From Paraspadella gotoi (lineage: Eukaryota; Animalia; Chaetognatha): a stretch of 64,000 nt of DNA. Positions 51,046-64,000 of the stretch are shown here, in pieces. The stretch is taken from NCBI GenBank assembly GCA_051294375.1, contig CM119266.1:10069677-10133676 (forward strand), in the 5' to 3' direction. Position numbers and translations under genes: made by a program. The notes under the pieces are model-generated. The model worked only from the letters and a program-made list of their open reading frames with translations, did not search any database and was not told the DNA's origin. Position 1 is the stretch's first letter. Each line of letters begins with the position of its first letter.

Positions 51046-52240
51046 CTCTATTTTTCTTTTTTTATATTTGGTTGGAAGAAGAAAAGAAAAGTTGTTTTTC
51101 TTTCTTTCTTTGGTCATTATCATATATTATTTTTAGAGGGCTGGAATTTCCACGGGGGCGTTAGTATTTTTTTTTGTTGATAATAGATGCGTGAATCTTT
51201 GTGGTATATAACCGGGCTATAAGTAAAAGCTGTATCATGTGTATAGGTAAATTAGTATAATCAATTAGAAAAATAAGTTAAAATGAGGATGTTAGTTATG
51301 ATGCGGATTACGCTTATTTATATTAATCACAGTCAATGTAAGAAACAAAAACTCAAAAATTTTAGCGAAATAAACAAGTATTATTATTATATTAATTTCG
51401 ACAATTTCTATTCGTTCCAAAAGATAGATTCAAATTCTTCGGACAAAGATTAACGATTGTGAACAAAAAAAAACCACGAAAGTGAAATCACAGAATTCGC
51501 GAAATTCATTTGCGTGAAAAAAGAAGTCTGACCTTGACTGAGGTTTATCGACCGCGTGGGGTCACCTTCGAAAAAAAAAATAAAAAAAAGAGAAGATAAG
51601 TCGAAGTGACCAAATATCTCGTTTGGCGGTTCGTTTTCAGAGTGTGAATTGGGAAAGGTTTGTTGAAGCCGTGGTGAAGCGTAGACAAGCCGCTCACGAA
51701 AACGAATAGTATTAATAATCGTGACGAGTTAAATCGGTGTTATTCCTTCGCGTTCGATTGAGTTATTTTATCGACGGAAATTTTATTTTATTTAGTGAAA
51801 TCTTTTTTTTCAGACCGATTGAGTTTTTTTTTTTATTCTCGTCCATAGTTGATGGAGCTCTCTCGCTCTCTCTTCTCTCTCTCTCTCTCTCTAATCAGTA
51901 ATCACGAGAGTCCTAGGCCGCTATATCGCCAATTCGCCTCACGCGTTGCTATGACTGATGGGCGGCCAGCCATCTTTTCTTTTCTCTCTCTCTCTCTCTC
52001 TTCTTTTCTTCTCTTCTCTCTCTTCTCTTCTTCTCTTTTTCTTCTTCCTGTGGTGGTTCTTTTCTCTCTCTCTGTTTTCTCTCTAATTCTTTTTTTATTA
52101 TTTCTTTTCTCTGTTTTTCTTGGAATCAGCATTGGTTTTTTTATCGACTTTAGAACGATGCTAATGAAAAAAAAAAGTTTATTGTTTATATATTAGATTA
52201 TAATATATATCTTCGGGAGAATGCGTTTTCTTCTCACTCA

Positions 52241-53400
52241 GAACTCCTCAAGGATCCATCGGCATTGGGGCTCGATTCGCCTTGACGAGAATCGATGCTG
52301 TAAGACCTCACAACAATAACAACAACGACGACAACAACATCAACGCTTATCGTTTTCCATCAAAGGCTCCCGACGTCGACAGAGACTGGATGAGGACAAT
52401 GAGGAGGAGGAAGAAGAAGAGGGGGAGGTGGAGGAGAGAGAGGGTTTTAGGGAGGAAGAGGACAAAGAGGAAGTGAGGGAGGAGAAGAAGGAGGAAGAGG
52501 AGGAAAGCAACCGGGAAGAAAACGTATAATAAGAGGAAGAAGAATACTAAGTAGAAAATAAAGTAGAAAAGGAAGACAATAATGAAGAAGATGAAGNNNN
52601 NNNNNNNNNNNNNNNNNNNNNNNNNNNNNNNNNNNNNNNNNNNNNNNNNNNNNNNNNNNNNNNNNNNNNNNNNNNNNNNNNNNNNNNNNNNNNNNNNNNN
52701 NNNNNNNNNNNNNNNNNNNNNNNNNNNNNNNNNNNNNNNNNNNNNNNNNNNNNNNNNNNNNNNNNNNNNNNNNNNNNNNNNNNNNNNNNNNNNNNNNNNN
52801 NNNNNNNNNNNNNNNNNNNNNNNNNNNNNNNNNNNNNNNNNNNNNNNNNNNNNNNNNNNNNNNNNNNNNNNNNNNNNNNNNNNNNNNNNNNNNNNNNNNN
52901 NNNNNNNNNNNNNNNGGAAGAAGACGAGGAAGAGGAAGAGGAAGAAGACGAGGAAGAGGATGAGGATTGGAACGAAGGAAAGATAATAATGATTAACGCG
53001 CGTGAGAGCGAATTTTTATGGACAGCGAAGATGACGATAAAAAAGAAAATATCGAATGATATTGCATAATTCATTAATTGCGTTTGAAAACAATTAAAAA
53101 GAATAACGGATTTCGAAATTTCAAATGAGTCTTTGGAAAATACCAAAGTCATGAATTGTTGGAAAATTAAAAAACATTTATTGAGATTAATATTTGGAGA
53201 GAAACGACAAAATCCCGGAATTATTTAATCGAAAGAAAAGAATCGATTCTCATTTCTGTCCCGAAGTTGAGAAATACAAGAGCAGGCGAGGGTTTTAATG
53301 ATACTCTCGTTGCCAAAAACAAGTTTTATGGATCATTGTGTGAAATTTGACTAAAATTCGCTGCATCGTTCTTCGTTTATTAAATTGAAATTGTATTTTG
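52241..53400 (+). other. Possible Glu-rich coding exon, unidentified
   Basis: A polypyrimidine/CAG acceptor ends at 52240, followed by TPQGSIGIGARFALTRIDAVRP..., long GAG/GAA runs and ENQLKRITDFEISNESLENTKVM. Gap and frameshifts are present. Confidence 0.2.
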
Positions 53401-53464
53401 ACTTTCNNNNNNNNNNNNNNNNNNNNNNNNNNNNNNNNNNNNNNNNNNNNNTCTTTTGCTATTT

Positions 53465-53568
53465 AAAAATAGTTTAGAGATGAAACGAAAAATCGTTGTA
53501 TAGGATTTAACAAATAAAAAATAATTGCTATTACAAGAATTTTTCCGTTTTCATCTCTAAATAATTTT
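53465..53568. mobile_element. ~100-bp palindromic MITE-like element
   Basis: AAAATAGTTTAGAGATGAAACGAAAAATCGTTGTATAG pairs with CTATTACAAGAATTTTTCCGTTTTCATCTCTAAATAATTTT (~38-bp arms). Confidence 0.65.
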
Positions 53569-54389
53569 ATTATATCAATTCATTATTTTCCCCCATCAAT
53601 ATTCCAGTTTCTATGAGTTTCACTCTTCTTTCTTTCGACTTAACACATTAAATATAAGAAACAATCTATTTCCATAATTCGTACACATCAGGTAAAAAAT
53701 GATTGTGATATTGATCTGTAGAAATGAATCGTTGCTTAAATCAAGGATGGCGGAGAGACTATTATTATTACGATTTTTCCTTGTAAACAATATTAATATA
53801 GATTTATTCTTTTTTATCTTTTACATAAATTTTAGTTATTTTAGTAATTTATTAGCAAGGGGAAATAAAACAACGAAAGACACTGGTCGGGTCATTAAGA
53901 TAGAAAAAAAAGTTGCTCACAACAGAAGCCAATCATAAAGGAAGAACTAAACAGTAAATGTAGGAAATAGTACCATAAATTGTTGACTGCAAAGGAACAC
54001 GGCACATCATAAATAATTCGGAGCCGCTTAATAATATGTAGTTTCTTTTTGTGTGGAGGTGGGTCTAATATATTTGTAATGGCGATAACAAACACAGAAC
54101 GCTATCTTTGTGAGCATGAAAATGAGAACGATGATACGACACGACGAATGAAAGAAACACATGACATCCAGGTATGTGCGCAAGCGAGGTTGAGGAAAAT
54201 AAGATTTGTAATAACCAAATTTAGCGCGAAGAAAAACAGAGACGGGGACGACGGATGAATCAGATGACTGACGACGACGACGCGACGACAACGAAGAAAA
54301 TGGATCTAATAATTTATTTTGCGGAAGGCGCCTCCGCCGCCACGCTCCCGACCCCGTCACCGCGCCCCGCGATCGTCGACCCACGCCCA

Positions 54390-54610
54390 TTTTGATTTTA
54401 AGATTGTCATTTAATCTTTAACTTTGTATTGTGACTCTGTTTTAAAACTTGTTTAAACTTGTTTTAAATTTTTTTTAAANNNNNNNNNNTTAAGATGCTT
54501 TTATTGCTTTTATGGCGAGATTTTGATTCCAAGATTGTCATTTAATCTTTAACCATTACTTTCACTCTGTTTTAAAACTTGTTTAAACTTGTTTTCAATT
54601 TTTTTTTAAA
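54390..54610 (+). repeat. Local ~90-bp duplication across a small gap
   Basis: TTTTGATT..AAGATTGTCATTTAATCTTTAAC...CTCTGTTTTAAAACTTGTTTAAACTTGTTTT occurs twice, either side of Ns at 54480. Confidence 0.75.
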
Positions 54611-54900
54611 TTCCGTTGTCATCGTCATCGAAATAGTGGTCGTCGTCGTCGTCGTCGTCGTCGTCGTATATTGTGTCACGGTAACCGTCTTCAGCGCTGT
54701 AGAAACCGGCTCCCTTCGACGCCTCGCCTTCGATTTCGGCGTCGTATTTTCCGGCGTTATCTCGGGAGTCGTGGAGACTCGGCGAATGAAGCTTTACGAG
54801 GTCGTCGACGTCAGCTCTACATCCCACGTCGACATCACCCTTACATCCTTCGGCGAACACTTTGAGCAGCACACCTTGTTCGCTTTGTCCGCAACCCTGA
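54610..54900 (-). CDS. Possible exon: Cys-rich motif followed by a Thr-rich (mucin-like) stretch
   Basis: After TTCCTCAG, the minus strand reads VADKANKVCCSKCSP, (shifted frame) GCKGDVDVGCR, then VSTTPEITPENTTPKSK...TVTVTQYTTTTTTTT. It needs frameshifts, and the Thr run is a (GAC)n microsatellite. Confidence 0.25.
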
Positions 54901-55165
54901 GGAATTGGGTAGGACTAAAAATTTGAGAGGTTGGCGCAGTTTGAGACTGGTGTCCTTGTCGCGAATCAAAAAATGGTCATTTCGGTTGCATAAAGTTTTC
55001 GATGATGATATTTTATTAAGATATCATAAATTATTAAGTTTAGGTAAGACGACACAACGATCATTACTCGAATCATTCTCTCAATTGTATTGTATTGTAA
55101 CTCTTATTTCTCACTAGTCACTACTCTCAATGATTTCACGTTTCTCTGCTTACCCCTCTCCACCC

Positions 55166-55807
55166 CACAATGTTATATTTTGAAAAAGGGCCTCCAGGTT
55201 AACGCCCTTGCTCCTTCCTCGGTCCGCCTTAATCTCGTACACAATGTTATATTTTGAAAAAGGCCTCCAGGTTAACGCCCTGCTCCTTCCTCGGTCCGCC
55301 TATCTCTTACACAATGTTAATACTTTTGAAAAAAGGGCCTCCAGGTTAACGCCTGTCTTTTTCTCGGTCCGCTATCTCGTACACAATGTTATATTTTGAA
55401 AAAGGCCTCCAGGTAAACGCCCTGCTCCTTCCTCGTCCGCCTATCTCGTACACAATGTATATTTTGAAAAAGGGCCTCCAGGTTAACGCCCTGCTCCTTC
55501 CTCGTCCGCCTATCTCGTACACAATGTTATAGTTTTGAAAAAGGGCCTCCAGGTTAACGCCCTGCTCCTCCTCGGTCCGCCTATCTCGTACACAATGTTA
55601 TATTTTGAAAAAGGGCCTCCAGGTTAACGCCCTGCTCCTTCTTTCGGTCCGCCCTAACTCGTACACAATGTTATAATTTTGAAAAAGGGCCTCCAGGTTA
55701 CGCCCTGCTCCTTGCCTCGGTCGCGCCTATCTCGCTAGCACAATGTTATATTTTGAAAAAGGCCTCCAGGTTAACGCCCTGCTCCTTCCTCGGTCCGCCT
55801 ATCTCTT
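55166..55807 (+). repeat. Minisatellite: 9 tandem copies of a ~71-bp unit
   Basis: Consensus ACACAATGTTATATTTTGAAAAAGGGCCTCCAGGTTAACGCCCTGCTCCTTCCTCGGTCCGCCTATCTCGT. Units start at ~55166, 55239, 55309, 55381, 55450, 55519, 55590, 55663 and 55739, with no unique spacers. Confidence 0.95.
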
Positions 55808-55956
55808 ACTCTATCTCTACCTGCTAGCCCTCCAGTCAGTCAAATCGATGTAACACTCCTTACCGAACGACACGAATCGCGCCTCGCTCAATTTCGCGGC
55901 CATTTTGAGTCGTTTCCCGCAAATTCACCAACAGAACAACTTTTTTTTCTGTTTGT

Positions 55957-55991
<35 letters not shown>

Positions 55992-56208
55992 CCAAGAGGA
56001 AGCGACGAAAACAAGCACGAAAACGACAGACGATGACGATGAGCGATGACGATACAAGCATAAGAAGACGACGACGACGACGACGACGACGCAAAGGCTG
56101 ACGACGAAAAAAACGAAGGGATGCGATACAGGCTAGCGGCAAAGGACGGACCAGTCATTTCCTTGATTAAGCGACCATCCTGTAATTAATCCTGCTTTTA
56201 AAGCTTAA

Positions 56209-56778
56209 GGGCTATAGGAGTCAGCCTTAAAGCATATGCTCCTAAAAATCTGTTCCCAAGTTTTTACATTATTTTGGTGACTAGAAAAGTTCCAACTCGA
56301 TGATCAAAATTTGCGTGCAAAATTTAGTTCTTATGCTCTTATTTCAGGGTACTTAATTTTACGGTAAGCTGTGTGAGTATGATAAAAAACTCAAATGCTA
56401 AAATTTTATTTTTTTTTGCAATACGGAGATTTTTTACTCTTTAGATTTTTAAAAATAATTTGACGCTATCCTTTTAATTTTTGCCCTGTCTGAAGTTTAT
56501 TTGAAATGCGTTATATTTTTCGGACTATCAAAAAGGTTTATGTAAGTGAATTAATTATTAATTGCATGTTCTTATGCCAGATATCTTTTAATTTATGCTG
56601 GCTTAATATTTTAGATAAAAATACAAAAATAAGAAAAAGCTTTATTTTCTTAAGGAATAACGACCAAGTTGAAAATGACATTTCTGGGTCTGTTTGGCAA
56701 TAAAATAGATTGTTTTTGGAAACAATCTTTTTGAGAAGGATTTTTTCATCAACGTTTTCGGTTGACTCCCTATACTCC
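56209..56778. mobile_element. 570-bp non-autonomous DNA transposon with TTAA flanks (Kolobok-like)
   Basis: Left end TTAA|GGGCTATAGGAGTCAGCC; the right end in reverse complement is TTAA|GGAGTATAGGGAGTCAACC. TTAA at 56205-56208 and 56779-56782. TTAA target duplication with RR...YY termini fits Kolobok rather than piggyBac (CC...GG). Confidence 0.7.
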
Positions 56779-57276
56779 TTAAATCCAAAAATACCAGATT
56801 AACAAAGACAACATTTCAAAGAAAAATTGACAGATACAAATGACCCCCACCACGTCGGCAAATATCAAAAGCTTTGGAAGAAACAGACTACAGTGACATC
56901 GACGAAAGACGGAAACGACGACAAAGAGAGTGAAGCCGACGACGACGACGACGACGACGAAGATTCTACCGACGAGATAAACATTGAGCATCCATTTCCT
57001 CCACCCCCCCTTTCCCCCCCCACTCGCTTCCCGCGCACGTGGCCGAAGACTCTCGCTCCATTAAGAGGCCGCGGAAATGCTCGCCTGGGGCGAATTGCAG
57101 TACCGATTTTCGTCAGCGATGTCGTCGTCGTCGTTATTGATGTTGTTGTGGTTGTTGTGTGATCGTTGTTGTCGTTTTTATCTCTGTCTCACTCGTAGGT
57201 AGTTGTCGTCATCGCTGTTGTTGTTGTTGTTCTTCTATTGTGGTAGTATGTAAGGGATGATTATTTAATATGATTT

Positions 57277-57307
57277 TAAATGAGATTGAATTTCTCAATC
57301 TCATTTA
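57277..57307. other. Perfect 13-bp stem hairpin
   Basis: TAAATGAGATTGA-ATTTC-TCAATCTCATTTA. Confidence 0.8.
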
Positions 57308-57926
57308 CACTGGTGATTAACCGGAATTATAGTAATATTTTAATTAATTAATTGATAATGTATGTTGTAGTAGATGTTATTGTGTTCTTTGTTTTCGAGG
57401 TAGTCGTTTTTGTGAATGTTTCACGAGGTTGTCATCGTTAGAGTTTTTGCTCTTGTGGATTGGTGATTGATTTGTAGTTTCGAACCGTAGTTAAAAGTTT
57501 CTATTTTTGCTCAACTTTTCGTTTCAACTTTTGTTGCCGATAGAATTTTGCATGAGTCGTCGTAGTCTTCATCGTCGTCGACGTCATCATCATCTTCGTC
57601 ATAGACCTTACATCGATTCGATAGTCCTCTCTTCGTTGTCTCCCAATTCATACAATACAAACTGTAATCGACGAAAAGAAATTTCTTTCTACACGCGTGC
57701 ACCGAATCCGTTGCCTTGCTCGCCACGCTGTGTTACACGCAGCCGTGCACGCAGGCAGTCGGAAAGAAAAACAACTTGGTCGAACACACGACGATTAAGG
57801 ATGATGACGACGACGACGACGACTCGACGAGAATGAACTGTCAAAAATCTCCATGGCACAAGAAGAATGAATGTTGACGCTCAGATTTTTTAAGCAGCGC
57901 CGTTTGCACGAGAGAGAGAGAGAGAG

Positions 57927-64000
<6,074 letters not shown>

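Noticed and set aside
55166-55807. CRISPR-like array
   Set aside because: The units are contiguous with no unique spacers, no cas genes are present, and the context is eukaryotic; it is a minisatellite.

Overview
This is eukaryotic, almost certainly animal, draft genomic DNA: the single tRNA-Phe(GAA) is the GCCGAAATAGC... type shared by vertebrates and insects. It is AT-rich, gapped (many N runs), dense in (AG)n, (GAC)n, (AACG)n and (GAAT)n microsatellites, and full of indel-type noise, so most ORFs in the supplied track are repeat artefacts. The one clearly recognisable protein locus is at about 13.76-18.60 kb (+). It is a spliced, frameshift-ridden gene with two mutually homologous N-terminal domains resembling DZIP3-type HEPN domains, WD40-like fragments between them, an IRE1/RNase L-family kinase (VAIK, HRDIKPDN and DFG intact), a KEN ribonuclease domain with an intact RNxxxH motif, and one or two C-terminal ubiquitin-like domains. 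No ankyrin repeats, signal peptide, luminal domain or TM helix are visible, so it is neither canonical IRE1 nor RNase L; it is a candidate novel cytosolic immune-type kinase-RNase. The rest is dominated by large duplications: three copies of a unit at 0-8.8 kb, a ~4.2-kb-arm inverted repeat at 29.0-41.8 kb, and a ~5.7-kb direct repeat at 45.4-51.0 / 58.0-64.0 kb. There are also a 71-bp minisatellite, several MITE-like elements (one Kolobok-like with TTAA flanks) and a few unidentifiable coding-like fragments. All domain calls come from motif reading by eye, not database searches.
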